Of a stretch of DNA of 64,000 nt, positions 38,812-49,187 are shown piece after piece (position 1 is the stretch's first letter; every line of letters begins with the position of its first letter). The stretch is from Myxococcales bacterium. GTDB lineage: Bacteria; Myxococcota_A; Polyangia; Polyangiales; Ga0077539. A model generated the notes under the pieces. That model had not been told where the DNA came from, did not search any database, and was given only the letters and a program-made list of their open reading frames with translations. Made by a program: the position numbers and the translations under genes. The DNA lies in the NCBI GenBank assembly GCA_016793325.1, contig JAEUKI010000004.1, positions 18,886-82,885 on the forward strand, written 5' to 3'.

Positions 38812-39996
38812 ATGCGACACCGTCTTGCTTCTGCGGCGCTCTCGTTGGCGCTGTGCACGCTCTCGCTGTCTGCCTCGGCGCAGACGGTCACCTCCGTGAT
38901 GCCGTCGCCGTTGCCCACGGCGGGCGCGACGATCACGATCAACGGAACCGGCTTCGGCCCCACGCCCGGAGCCGTCACGGTCGGCGCGAGCGCCTGCACG
39001 GTCTCGTCGTGGGCCGACACGCGGATCACGTGCGCGGCGCCTCCGGGCTCGGGCTCGGGCGCCAACCTCGTCGTGCGCGTCGGCGCCAGCGCGTCACCGG
39101 CGTTTCCGCTCGCGTATGCGCCGCCCACGGTGATGACCGTGCTTCCGCTCGACGGACCAACGGTCGGCGGCGCCTCCATCGTCATCTCGGGCGCCAACTT
39201 CTTCACGACCGGGACGCTCTCGTGGGCCGGAGCCTCTGCCACGACCTCGAGCTGGACCCACAGCGAGATTCGCCTGACGACTCCGCCCGGTCAGGGCAGC
39301 GCGACGCCCATCACCATCGTCGTCGGCGGTCAGGTCGTGAACACCACCTATCGCTACGGCCAACCGCGGATCACGTCGATCGCGCCCACGAGCGGTCCGC
39401 TCGGCGGCGGCAACACGCTGACGATCATGGGCGACAACTTCGGAACCTCGCCCCTCGTCACCATCGGCTCCTCGACGTGCACGGTCCTCTCGAATTCGCA
39501 CACCATGATTCAATGCCGCGTCCCCGCGGGGGCTGGGCTTCAGCCGGTCGTCGTGCTCGCTGCCGACCAGCGCTCTCCATCGACCACCAACTATCAGTAC
39601 GGAACGCCCGAAGACGCGAGCACCGACGCCGCTGACGCGAGCGCCGACGTCGCGAGCGATGTCCTCAGCGACGTCACGTCGAGCGACGCTCTCAGCGACG
39701 TGGCTCCGAGCGACGTGATCAGCGATTCGCCAAGTGAATCCTCGGTCGACGCCGCTTCTCCGATCGACGCTGCCAACGAGTCGGGCCCCGACAGCGCTGC
39801 CCCTGTCGACGCTTCGACCGCTGACAGCGCGAGCGACGCGAGCACCGCGGACGCTTCGCGGCCCCCCACCGCGACCGGCGGCTGCGCGTGCGCGGTCACC
39901 GTCACAAATAACACGCACACACAATCGAGGCTCGCGTGGCTCGCTGCGATCGCCGCGGCCGTCGCGCTCGTGCGTCGATCGCGCCGCCGAGCGTAG
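38812..39996 (+). CDS. IPT/TIG-domain surface protein with MYXO-CTERM-like tail
   Basis: Three repeats (TITINGTGFG, IVISGANF, LTIMGDNFG); D/A/S linker; GGCAC, TM, RRSRRR. Confidence 0.85.
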   Translation: MRHRLASAALSLALCTLSLSASAQTVTSVMPSPLPTAGATITINGTGFGPTPGAVTVGASACTVSSWADTRITCAAPPGSGSGANLVVRVGASASPAFPLAYAPPTVMTVLPLDGPTVGGASIVISGANFFTTGTLSWAGASATTSSWTHSEIRLTTPPGQGSATPITIVVGGQVVNTTYRYGQPRITSIAPTSGPLGGGNTLTIMGDNFGTSPLVTIGSSTCTVLSNSHTMIQCRVPAGAGLQPVVVLAADQRSPSTTNYQYGTPEDASTDAADASADVASDVLSDVTSSDALSDVAPSDVISDSPSESSVDAASPIDAANESGPDSAAPVDASTADSASDASTADASRPPTATGGCACAVTVTNNTHTQSRLAWLAAIAAAVALVRRSRRRA

Positions 39997-40192
39997 AGCG
40001 GCTCCGCCATCCGTTGGCGACACGCGGGCCTAGCTTCCCGGGATATTTCGCAGGAACGTGCTCTCTGCGTGTCTTCTTCCAACGGGGCGTCTAGTGACTT
40101 CGCGACGCCGTCCGTTGGCGACACGCGGGCGTAGCTTCCCGGGATATTTCGCAGGAGCGTGCTCTCTGCGTGTCTTCTTCCAACGGGGCGTC
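39993..40192 (+). repeat. family B hairpin element, copies 3 and 4 in tandem
   Basis: 39993-40091 full copy (its TAG is the IPT gene stop); about 40107-40192 is a 5'-truncated, near-identical copy. Confidence 0.85.
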
Positions 40193-40199
40193 GCGATCG

Positions 40200-43007
40200 C
40201 TACGCGATGACGACCAGCGTCGCGATGTCGAGCCGGTAGCCGTTGGGCCGCGTTTCGATCAGCGATTTGCGTGTCGCTTTGCGGAGCGCGCTCACCGTCA
40301 CCCGCACTCGATTCGCGCGCGAGTCGGCCGAGGCGCGCTCGCTTCCCCAGCCCGCGGCGAAGAGCGCGTCGATCGAGACACCCTCGCCGGGAGCCCGCGC
40401 GCGACGCTCGGCGAGCTCTCGGAGAATGCGACGCTCCGCGCCCCTCGCGATTTCGACCCGCGCTCCGTCGATCTCGATCCACGCCCCGTCTTCGGCGACG
40501 CGCACGCCGGCCGCGGCGCCCGCGTCCCAGCTCCGTTCGAGTCGATCGAAGCCCGCGATCGCGACGCGAAGCGCGTGACGTACGCCTGGTTCGGGGCGCG
40601 CTTCGAGCCGACGAGTCGCCTCGTCTCGAAGCGCGCGGAGCTTCGCTCGGGCATCGCCGTTAGAAGGGCGCTCGTTCGCGTCGAGGCTCGATCGTTGTCG
40701 AAGGATCTCGAGGCTCTCGAGCACGAGGGCCGCACCGCCCGCTTCGTTCGCGAGTCGTTCGGCGAGGTCGAACAGGGATCGCGCTTCGTCCGGCTCGGCC
40801 GACGCGTCTGCGCACGCGCCCAGCCCGAGATAAAACGTCGCGGCGGCGATCCCGTCTCCTGTGCGCTCGTGCAGCGCGCACGCGGCGCGCAACCAACGCC
40901 GCGCCTCTTCGAGGTTTCCCGCTTCGAGTTCGACCGAACCGAGGTAGCCCGAGTGCTGCGCCTCGTGCCATAGGTCTCCGATGCGGCGGTGCTCGTCGAT
41001 CGACGCGAGGAGCCTCGCGCGCGCTTCCTCGTGAAATCCCAGCTCGAGGAGCACGAGGCCGAGCTCGCCCGTGTACGCCGCGTGAAGCCGTTGCGGACCG
41101 ACGTCCGCGAGCACCACCAGCGCCTGTTCGAGGTTGGCGCGCGCCGACGCGAGCTGCCCGAGCTTGAACGCCGACCAGCCGAGGTACCCGAGCAGTCGGC
41201 CCTGCGCGACGCGATCGTCGTCCGCGAGCGCGAGGGCGAGCGCCCTTTCGAAATGCGCACGAGACGACGACAGATCGCTCGCCAACATCGAAGAGAGCCC
41301 CTTGGCTTCGAGCAGCGCGATCCGACCGCTCGCTTGCGCGCGCGACGCGAGTCCCTCTGCCTCTCGCAATCGCGCCGCTGCGACGTCGGCGCGGTTCGCA
41401 TAGTCCGCGGCGATCGCGAGGCGCGCGAGCACGAACACCAGCGACGTGACGTCTCCGTCCGCACGATACAGACGCTCGGCGCGCTCGTACGCCTCGACCG
41501 CTTCGTAGTTGCGCCCCGCGGCGATGGCCGTGCGTCCTTGCCACGCGTACGCATCGGCCCGGTATCGCGCGCTCGCGTCGGACACTGTGTCGGCGCACGC
41601 GTGGACGAGATCGAGGTATCGCGCGCCGTCCCCGCGCGCTGCGCACAACGATCCGAGGCACACCAACGCGCGCGCGACATGGTCGGGTCGACGGTCGTTG
41701 TGTCGGGTCGCATCGGTGATCACCGCGTGAAGGTTCTCTTCTTCGAGGGCGAGCGCGCGAACGGCGGACGACGCTCCGCGGGTCGCGCGCGCGATGTTCG
41801 CTTCGGCGTGCGTCAGGACCGCGTCGGCGTGCGCGTGAATCGCGTCGCGCGCGTCGGTCGACGCGTCGAGCCTCTCGCGTGCGTGCTCGCGCACCGGCTC
41901 GAGGAGCCGAAACCGTCTCCCCGCGGCAACGCCCGTTGGTTCGAACGCATGGATCAGCGACTTCTCGACGAGGCCCTGCACCGCGTCGATCGCCGCGAGC
42001 CGTCGCGACACACGACGCTCGCGCGCGACGCTCGCGTCCTCTGTCGGCGGATCGCGCTCTTCGGCGACGATCGCCTCCGCGTGATCCAGCGAAAATCCCC
42101 CACGAAACAGCGATGCCCGCGCGAGGAGCCGTCGCTCAGGTTCGTCGAGCAACGCCCACGATTGATCGATCACCGCGCGCAGACCACGCGCTTTGCCGCG
42201 CGCGCTCAGCAGGTCCAGCGACCGGTCGAGCAGCTCGGCGAGCTCGCGCGTCGTCGTGACCGCCATGCGAACCGCCGCGAGCTCGATCGCCAACGGAAGC
42301 CCTTCGAGCCGTCGAACGACCTCTGCCACCGCGACGACTTCGTCCCCGTTGGGCGCGAACCGCGGATGCGCTGCGCGGGCGCGCTCGACGAAGAGCCGTA
42401 CGGCGTCGAGCTGCATCACGGCGGCGGGCGACGTCGTGGCGGTGTGTACGTCGCCCACGGCGAGCGGCGCGACATCGAAGAGCACCTCGCCCGAGACGCC
42501 GAGCGACTCGCGCGAGGTCACAACGAACGTGCAACGAGGCGCCGATGCGAGCCACGCTTCGATCGCGACGCGCAGGGGTGCGAGGAGGTGCTCGGCGTTG
42601 TCGAGAATCACGAGGATTTTTCCTCGCCGCGCGAGCGCCGCGCCGGCTCGCGTGCGTCGCGCATCCGCGTCCGTGTCGCCTTCGGACGGCGGCTCTCCGA
42701 GCGCGTCGAGCAACGCTGACGCGACGTCGCTGTCCCCCCGAAGAGACGCGAGCTCGACGAAGCACGACGCGATCCCCGCGCGCTGCGCGTGAGCGCGACC
42801 CCACTCGATCGCGAGGCGTGTCTTGCCGACGCCGGGCGCTCCGCGAAGGGTCACGAGTCTCGCGCTGCGCCCCACGGTCGCGTCGATCGCCGAGAGCTCC
42901 ACGCGACGACCGATGAACGACGTCGTGGGCAGCGGAATCGCGCGCGGCTCTACAGCGGGCACCTCCGGACTGTAGCCCTCGGGCGGCACCCAGCGCGACG
43001 CGCGCAT
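40200..43007 (-). CDS. STAND-type (AfsR/NB-ARC-like) ATPase with TPRs and C-terminal winged helix
   Basis: TSFIGR, GAPGVGKTRL, ILDNAEH, TSRE, LEGLPLAIELAA; C-terminal LFAAGW...NRVRVTVSALRK...GYRL. Confidence 0.9.
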   Translation of the reverse strand: MRASRWVPPEGYSPEVPAVEPRAIPLPTTSFIGRRVELSAIDATVGRSARLVTLRGAPGVGKTRLAIEWGRAHAQRAGIASCFVELASLRGDSDVASALLDALGEPPSEGDTDADARRTRAGAALARRGKILVILDNAEHLLAPLRVAIEAWLASAPRCTFVVTSRESLGVSGEVLFDVAPLAVGDVHTATTSPAAVMQLDAVRLFVERARAAHPRFAPNGDEVVAVAEVVRRLEGLPLAIELAAVRMAVTTTRELAELLDRSLDLLSARGKARGLRAVIDQSWALLDEPERRLLARASLFRGGFSLDHAEAIVAEERDPPTEDASVARERRVSRRLAAIDAVQGLVEKSLIHAFEPTGVAAGRRFRLLEPVREHARERLDASTDARDAIHAHADAVLTHAEANIARATRGASSAVRALALEEENLHAVITDATRHNDRRPDHVARALVCLGSLCAARGDGARYLDLVHACADTVSDASARYRADAYAWQGRTAIAAGRNYEAVEAYERAERLYRADGDVTSLVFVLARLAIAADYANRADVAAARLREAEGLASRAQASGRIALLEAKGLSSMLASDLSSSRAHFERALALALADDDRVAQGRLLGYLGWSAFKLGQLASARANLEQALVVLADVGPQRLHAAYTGELGLVLLELGFHEEARARLLASIDEHRRIGDLWHEAQHSGYLGSVELEAGNLEEARRWLRAACALHERTGDGIAAATFYLGLGACADASAEPDEARSLFDLAERLANEAGGAALVLESLEILRQRSSLDANERPSNGDARAKLRALRDEATRRLEARPEPGVRHALRVAIAGFDRLERSWDAGAAAGVRVAEDGAWIEIDGARVEIARGAERRILRELAERRARAPGEGVSIDALFAAGWGSERASADSRANRVRVTVSALRKATRKSLIETRPNGYRLDIATLVVIA

Positions 43008-43015
43008 CGTGTGGG

Positions 43016-44389
43016 CTACCGAACGGCGATCGTGAAGCGACGGTTCGCCTCGCACCCCGCCATCGGATCATCCGAGCGGTCGCAGTTGTCCGCGAGGGGG
43101 TTTGCGAAGGCGGCGTAGAGCGCAGACGTCGTTCCGTTGACGCAGACGCGGCCCCAGGAGTTTGCCGTCGGAGTCCACGGTCCTGTGCAGCCGTAGCTCG
43201 CCATCAACGCGTAGCCGTAGCGAAGCGTGCGAGGCGTCGCGGTCGTTCCAGGAAGCACCACGGAGTTTACCGTCTCGTCGACGCTCTCGTAGCGAAACGG
43301 CGCTTGCACACGCCAGTTCGGCGGCATCCCGAAGCGAACTGCGGGAACCGACGCGACCACGGGCTGCGTTGCCATCGTGGTGTCGCGCAGCGCGAGCAGC
43401 GCCTGCGCGGCGGACATTCGCAGCGTGGGATCCGTCACTGTGTAGTCGAGCGTCCGCGAGTTTTGATTGCGGTCGGGCGCGACGAAGATGAGCGTCCATC
43501 CGCCACCATCGGTGTCCATGTCACACGACACCGTGTACGGCGCGAGCGAGCCTGCTCCTGGACCATCGGGGTCGATCGTGTAGCTCCCGCTCGGGAGCGT
43601 CGGCGCAGCCACGTGCAGGTCCCGGCAGCTGCGTGGAACGGTGCACATCGACGCCGCGCACACGCGGCCCGGGCAGTTTGTCGCGCACGCGCCGCAGTTG
43701 TCGGGGTCGCTCGAGATGTCCGTCTCGCACCCGTTGCTCGCGACGCCGTCACAATCACTGAACCCGGGCAAGCACGCGATCGTGCATCGCCCGAGCGCGC
43801 ACGCGCCGGTTGCGTTCGGAGCGCCCGAGCACGTTTGGCCGCACCGCCCGCAGTGGGTTGCGCTCGTGCGCACGTCGACCTCGCAGCCGTTGGACATGTC
43901 GCCGTCGCAGCTCGCGAAGCCCGTCACGCACACGGGCGCGCACCGACCCGCCGCGCACACGGCGGTGGCGTTGGCGCCTGCGCTGCAGGTGGCTCCGCAG
44001 GCTCCGCAGTGCGAGAGGCTCGTCGAGAGATCGACGCAGACCGACGCGCATCGAGCCTCTCCCGGAGCACACGCGGTGTCGGGCATCGGTGCATCGACGC
44101 TCGGGACATCGACGATCGAAACATCGGGGCTCGCGACATCCACGAGAGGGACATCGAGGCTCGGGACATCGATGGTTGTGCTGTCGGATTCAACGACGTC
44201 GGCATCGGAGCTCGACACATCCGCGAGGACATCGGCCGCGTCCCGCGTCGAAGGCGCGTCGCCGAAGCCGCTGTCGCTCGAAGTGGGGGTCGAGCACGCG
44301 AGCAGCGCAGCGCAGAGCGCGAGCGCAGCCAACGCGGCGGACGACGGGCGGGGTGCGACGTCGGCAGAAGTGCGAAGATGTTCGTTCAT
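43016..44389 (-). CDS. Cys-rich lipoprotein with fibrinogen-like domain
   Basis: Lipobox LLAC; HCGACG...CDG..NGCE repeats; RSCRDL...SGSYTIDPDG...CDMDTDGGGWTL. Confidence 0.8.
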   Translation of the reverse strand: MNEHLRTSADVAPRPSSAALAALALCAALLACSTPTSSDSGFGDAPSTRDAADVLADVSSSDADVVESDSTTIDVPSLDVPLVDVASPDVSIVDVPSVDAPMPDTACAPGEARCASVCVDLSTSLSHCGACGATCSAGANATAVCAAGRCAPVCVTGFASCDGDMSNGCEVDVRTSATHCGRCGQTCSGAPNATGACALGRCTIACLPGFSDCDGVASNGCETDISSDPDNCGACATNCPGRVCAASMCTVPRSCRDLHVAAPTLPSGSYTIDPDGPGAGSLAPYTVSCDMDTDGGGWTLIFVAPDRNQNSRTLDYTVTDPTLRMSAAQALLALRDTTMATQPVVASVPAVRFGMPPNWRVQAPFRYESVDETVNSVVLPGTTATPRTLRYGYALMASYGCTGPWTPTANSWGRVCVNGTTSALYAAFANPLADNCDRSDDPMAGCEANRRFTIAVR

Positions 44390-44689
44390 TGGGGCAAAAC
44401 CTCCTCGAAGCGCACCGCAGCGCGTAGGTTCGCGCGGTGTGTTCACTCGATCGAATGAGCCCGCAGACGACCGTTGCTTCCGATCGGGTGCGGCGTTGAG
44501 TGAAACGTCGAAGGGGCCTGCCCGCGTTGCGCGTAAGGGCATTACGGCACGTAAACGAGCATTAATTCTCGCGCGCCCGAGCCGTTGTCGTCGCGGGTGC
44601 TTCGAGTCATCGCTGCGCTGGGCAGCGGGGTCACGCGAGCGCGCTTCGGAGCTGCGCGATCGACTGTTGCAAGCGCTGTCGCGCTGAGG

Positions 44690-45502
44690 TCACCCCGTTC
44701 GCACGCCGTCGAACGCGCTCGGATCTCGAGAGCGTGCATACGCGAGGAACTCGGCGAACCGTCCGCGCGTCGCGTCGTGGCATCGCGCGAGGCGTTCGAG
44801 CGGATCGACTGCTGTGGTGAGCCCGTTGGCGATGGTCTGAACGACATCGATCGCCCGAGGATGCGACCGCTCCATCGGCGGAACGACCATCGAGAATCCC
44901 GGTCGAAGCCAACGAAACTCCCACGCGAGCCAGAACAACTGCCAGTGTACGAGCTCTTCGACAGCGCAGCTCAGCGAGGCGACAGTGTTCGGTGTGTCTA
45001 CGTGCGCGAAGCACGCGAGCAGCGTCCGGCGTGGCCCGAGCTCGTGCGCGATCGACGCGCGCCGGGGTCCATCCGCGAGCACGCGCTGCAGGTCGTCGTC
45101 GCGGATCGCGTGATCGAAGGCGCACGAATCGCCGATGAACTTGTCGCGAACGCCGATGGCCCGAAGCATCGTTTGCGTGCGCGATACGATCGCGCATGAA
45201 TCGAGCGCGTCGCTCGTCGCGCAGCGCAAGAGCGCTTCGGTCTCGTGGCGGATCACGTCGATCTGCAACGGGCTGATGATCCCCGTTCGCCAGTTGATTC
45301 GGAGCCGTTTCGCCGTGGTTGGCGAGAGGAACCCGAGCGTTCCGAATGCGTCGAGCGTGGCGAAGAGCGCGACGACGTGAAGCACCGCGAGTCGTCGTGC
45401 GGGCGACGCGCACGCGTCCCACGAGGCAACGAGCGGCGCTGCGACGAGCGATTGGAACGCTCCACGGAGTTGCGCGCGGGCCTCGGATTCAGCGTTCGTC
45501 AT
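44690..45502 (-). CDS. hypothetical protein
   Basis: ATG at 45502 overlaps the stop of 45499..45990. Confidence 0.5.
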   Translation of the reverse strand: MTNAESEARAQLRGAFQSLVAAPLVASWDACASPARRLAVLHVVALFATLDAFGTLGFLSPTTAKRLRINWRTGIISPLQIDVIRHETEALLRCATSDALDSCAIVSRTQTMLRAIGVRDKFIGDSCAFDHAIRDDDLQRVLADGPRRASIAHELGPRRTLLACFAHVDTPNTVASLSCAVEELVHWQLFWLAWEFRWLRPGFSMVVPPMERSHPRAIDVVQTIANGLTTAVDPLERLARCHDATRGRFAEFLAYARSRDPSAFDGVRTG

Positions 45503-45990
45503 CGCTGGTCTCGTGATCCCTCTCTCGTTGATTCTGCCGCGATTCCGAGCTTCGCTGCCAGCTCGAAGCGAGCGGTCCATGCACCCGTTCCGAAGAGCGG
45601 ACACCAGAAGTCGCTGTACCGATCACCGAACACAGCGACCTCGCTTCCCATGCCGGGGTCGACCATGTCGATGCACACGAAGTGAATCGCGTCGGTCGTC
45701 ACCGCGAACTTCACGTGCAATTCGTCGGTGTACCCAGGAAATGCCCGGCGATACCACGCGAGGCGCTCGCTTGCGAACACGTCGAGGCGACGCACCTCGT
45801 TGGTGCGCGCCTCGATGCGCTGCCAGTACACAACGGGGCACTCCTTCGAGAGTTCGCCTTCGGCCTGCTGAAGCCGTCGAAGCAACGAGAGGTCGCCGAC
45901 CTCGATCGGAAGCAGTGTTTGCTCGACGCCAAGCGCTCGAAGCAAATCGAACCACGCGCCTTCATTGGCCGGATACGCGCGGAACGCCAT
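45499..45990 (-). CDS. hypothetical protein (163 aa)
   Basis: Protein-like composition; coupled to the downstream ORF. Confidence 0.55.
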   Translation of the reverse strand: MAFRAYPANEGAWFDLLRALGVEQTLLPIEVGDLSLLRRLQQAEGELSKECPVVYWQRIEARTNEVRRLDVFASERLAWYRRAFPGYTDELHVKFAVTTDAIHFVCIDMVDPGMGSEVAVFGDRYSDFWCPLFGTGAWTARFELAAKLGIAAESTREGSRDQR

Positions 45991-45997
45991 CGCGAAC

Positions 45998-46327
45998 CTA
46001 TTCTGCGATCAACTCGACCGGTGTCGGATGTCGCGCTTGCTCGTCACAAAGAGCGCGGCCATTGCGGTACGGCGCGACTGGAGCGGTGTCGGCCCCATTG
46101 TCGTGGTTGCCAACGACGAGCAGCGAGATCGGCGTCGGGTCGACCGCGAACACTCGTTGTCGATCGAGCCCGGTCTTCGCGCCGCACCCCGCGCCCGCGA
46201 GGCTGAGCAGCCCCGCCATCGCCGCGATCCCCGCCTGTCGCAGCGCACGAAACGCCGACGGCTTCGCGCCAGAGCGCAGTGAATGGGTCCTCGAATCGAC
46301 AGCGTGAGTTCGTGCGCCCCTGATCAT
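45998..46327 (-). CDS. possible short lipoprotein or gene fragment
   Basis: MAGLLSLAGAGC-GAKTGL lipobox-like; very short mature part. Confidence 0.3.
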   Translation of the reverse strand: MIRGARTHAVDSRTHSLRSGAKPSAFRALRQAGIAAMAGLLSLAGAGCGAKTGLDRQRVFAVDPTPISLLVVGNHDNGADTAPVAPYRNGRALCDEQARHPTPVELIAE

Positions 46328-46719
46328 CGAAACCCCAGTGCTCGCGATGATGCCACGGGGGGCGACGCACGCGAGCCGTGTTCGTCGCTGTGCGTTCGCG
46401 AACGTGTTCGAGACTGTCTCGTTTGGGCTCGTGACCCTTCGCGTGGTCTGCTTGCTTCGCGCCGCTGTCCGACAGCCCCATCGACGCCCCCTGCGAACCA
46501 TTCGTCCTTCGCAGCGCACGTTCGCCACGGAGCCCCGAACGCCGTCGACTCTCTTTGCGACCAACCCGAACGTCACACTGATCCGTTCACCCATTCGAAC
46601 CCCCTTCGCGAGGGGGTACCCAATGGTCCCTTGGCTCGCCGAGCCATCTCGGGCGCCCTCGCGAACATTCGCGCGCTCGACGCAACCTCTCGGACGGCCG
46701 ATCGATACGGGCGCCCACG

Positions 46720-47502
46720 ATGAACCAGCCCGTGTCTCCCGTTGGGTCGATCCCCGAGGACCTCGCAGAGATGGCTCGACGCCCGGACGAGTGCCTCGAG
46801 GCGATCATGCCCGCGCTGCGAGCGCTAGAAGCGACGACGTTGATCCACTACTTCACGGACTCGATCACGGCTTCGGGGCAGGTGCTCGCGCACATCGAGC
46901 GGATCCGGTCGCTCGATGGAGCGATGCGAGACGAGCTCCCGCGGTTCGATCGCTCGCTCGTGGCGTCGCTCGGGCCGTACGCGATCGCACTCGCGATGCT
47001 CCACGGGCAGACGCAGGCCAAGCGCGTCGATGGTGGGGGAGGGCGCGAGCGGCTCGCGGCGGCGCGAAAGCTCCGCGCGCGGCTCCACTTGTCTGCGGCG
47101 TTTCTCGCGGAGTCGGGCTCGATCTCGCCGAACGTCCTCGCCCGGATCGCGCGCCTCGGACACGGCTACACAGACACGAGCGAGGCGATCCTCGGCTACA
47201 TCGAGGCGCACTTCGCCAAGGACGAAACGCTGTTCGCGCGCTCTCCGTCGACGCGCGAAGAGCTCGACCAGGCCCGCAAAGAGGCCATCGAGCTCGTCAC
47301 GAAGCGCGTCGATTCGATGCGACGCGACCCAGGCGACCTCGAGCGCGCGGACCTCGAGCGCCGCGCGTATCACCTGCTCGTCACCACCTACAACAAGGTC
47401 CGCTCCGCGGTGCAGTTTCTCCGCTACGACTTCGACGACGCGGACACGTTTGCTCCTGCGCTCGGACAGCGCGTTCGTTCGGTGCGGCGCGCGTCGCGAT
47501 AG
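46720..47502 (+). CDS. helical hypothetical protein (260 aa)
   Basis: Clean ORF; C-terminal RRAYHLLVTTYNKVRSAVQFLRYDFDDADTFAPAL. Confidence 0.7.
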   Translation: MNQPVSPVGSIPEDLAEMARRPDECLEAIMPALRALEATTLIHYFTDSITASGQVLAHIERIRSLDGAMRDELPRFDRSLVASLGPYAIALAMLHGQTQAKRVDGGGGRERLAAARKLRARLHLSAAFLAESGSISPNVLARIARLGHGYTDTSEAILGYIEAHFAKDETLFARSPSTREELDQARKEAIELVTKRVDSMRRDPGDLERADLERRAYHLLVTTYNKVRSAVQFLRYDFDDADTFAPALGQRVRSVRRASR

Positions 47503-47793
47503 CGCGGCTGCCGCGGCGCGAGCGACAGTTCGCTCGGGCGGGGGCCATGCAATCGCGTCGTCGAGACATACTCTGTCTCGATGGAGTCGGTGCAGGGCGG
47601 CACGCAGGATCACGAAGCGCGTTCACAATCGCGCGATTTGCACGCTATTTGTGTGCTCGAATCACTCGCTGTGCGGGGGTCGGCGGCTTTACGAACGGCC
47701 GTCGATCAGGCACAACGGGTAAGTGAGTCGAGGCTGAACGGATGATCCGTATCGGTGGCCTCGGGCACGAGACGAACAGAAGCGAAGGCAGCC

Positions 47794-48966
47794 ATGGACG
47801 AACAGAGGAAGAAGGCACTCGACCTCGCGGTGCTCGGGATCGAGAAGCAATTCGGCAAGGGCGCGGTCATGCGCATGGAGGGAGAGAAGTCCGAGAAGAT
47901 CGAGCTCGGCGTCGTTCCGTCTGGATCGCTCTCGCTCGACATCGCGCTCGGCCTCGGCGGCTATCCTCGCGGACGCATCGTCGAGATCTACGGCCCGGAG
48001 TCTTCGGGCAAGACCACGCTCACCCTTCACGGAATCGCAGAAGCCCAGAAGCTCGGCGGCGTCGCGGCGTTCATCGACGCAGAGCACGCGCTCGACGTGA
48101 CGTACGCGAAGAAGCTCGGCGTGAACATGGAGGAGCTCCTCGTCTCGCAGCCGGACAACGGCGAGCAGGCGCTCGAGATCGCGGACATGCTCGTGCGGTC
48201 GAACGCCGTCGACATCGTGGTGATCGACTCGGTGGCGGCGCTCGTTCCGAAGGCGGAGATCGAGGGCGAGATGGGCGATCAGCTCCCGGGCTTGCAAGCG
48301 CGCTTGATGAGCCAAGCGCTGCGCAAGCTGACGGCGAGTGTTCACAAATCAAATACGCTGCTGGTGTTCATCAACCAGATCCGCATGAAGATCGGCGTGA
48401 TGTTCGGCAACCCCGAGACCACGACCGGCGGCAACGCGCTGAAGTTCTACGCGTCGATGCGCATGGACATCCGCCGCACGGGTCAGATCAAGGACGGCGA
48501 GAAGGTCATCGGCAACCGCACGCGCGTGAAGGTCGTGAAGAACAAGCTCGCCCCGCCGTTTCGCGAGGTCGAGTTCGACATCTTGTACGGCCAGGGAATC
48601 TCGCGCACGGGCGACGCCCTCGACCTCGGCGCCGAAGCGGGCGCGATCGAGAAGTCCGGCTCGTGGTTCAGCTACAAGGGCGAGCGCATCGGCCAGGGCC
48701 GCGAGCAAGCCAAAGCGTGGCTCGACGAGCACCCCGAGGTGCTCGTGAAGATCGAGAGCGAAGTCCTCGTGAAAAACGGGATGAAGCCCCGCGTCGGAAC
48801 GCCGAGCGAAAAGCCCGAGAAGGGCGCGAAGGCCGACAAGGGCGACAAGGCTGACAAGGGCGAGAAGGCCGAGAAGGCCAGCGCCGCCGAGGCCAAGGAC
48901 AAGGGCGACGAAGCGCGCGAAGCGGCCCCCAAGAAAGAGCGTGGCGGGGCCAAGGCGCAGGCGTAG
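47794..48966 (+). CDS. recA: recombinase A
   Basis: [51 protein letters not shown]. Confidence 0.98.
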   Translation: MDEQRKKALDLAVLGIEKQFGKGAVMRMEGEKSEKIELGVVPSGSLSLDIALGLGGYPRGRIVEIYGPESSGKTTLTLHGIAEAQKLGGVAAFIDAEHALDVTYAKKLGVNMEELLVSQPDNGEQALEIADMLVRSNAVDIVVIDSVAALVPKAEIEGEMGDQLPGLQARLMSQALRKLTASVHKSNTLLVFINQIRMKIGVMFGNPETTTGGNALKFYASMRMDIRRTGQIKDGEKVIGNRTRVKVVKNKLAPPFREVEFDILYGQGISRTGDALDLGAEAGAIEKSGSWFSYKGERIGQGREQAKAWLDEHPEVLVKIESEVLVKNGMKPRVGTPSEKPEKGAKADKGDKADKGEKAEKASAAEAKDKGDEAREAAPKKERGGAKAQA

Positions 48967-49041
48967 CGACCGGGGAGATCGACGGGGGCCGAGAGGGAAT
49001 CGGGGGCATTGGTGCGCCGAGAGGGAATTGGGCGCATTGGT

Positions 49042-49187
49042 GCGCCGAGATGAATCTCGGCGCATGAACGCTGCTGCGCAGCGCGCGCCCGCAGAGCCGG
49101 TCGCGAAGGAGCGCACTCTCGCACCCATCCTCGCGGCTTTGCGCGCGCCGCGGCGCGGCGTTTATGCGCCGAGATTCATCTCGGCGC
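49042..49187. repeat. family C REPIN (inverted REP doublet) downstream of recA
   Basis: Palindrome at 49042-49063, inverted at 49166-49187; corresponds to the reverse complement of 38570-38718. Confidence 0.85.
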
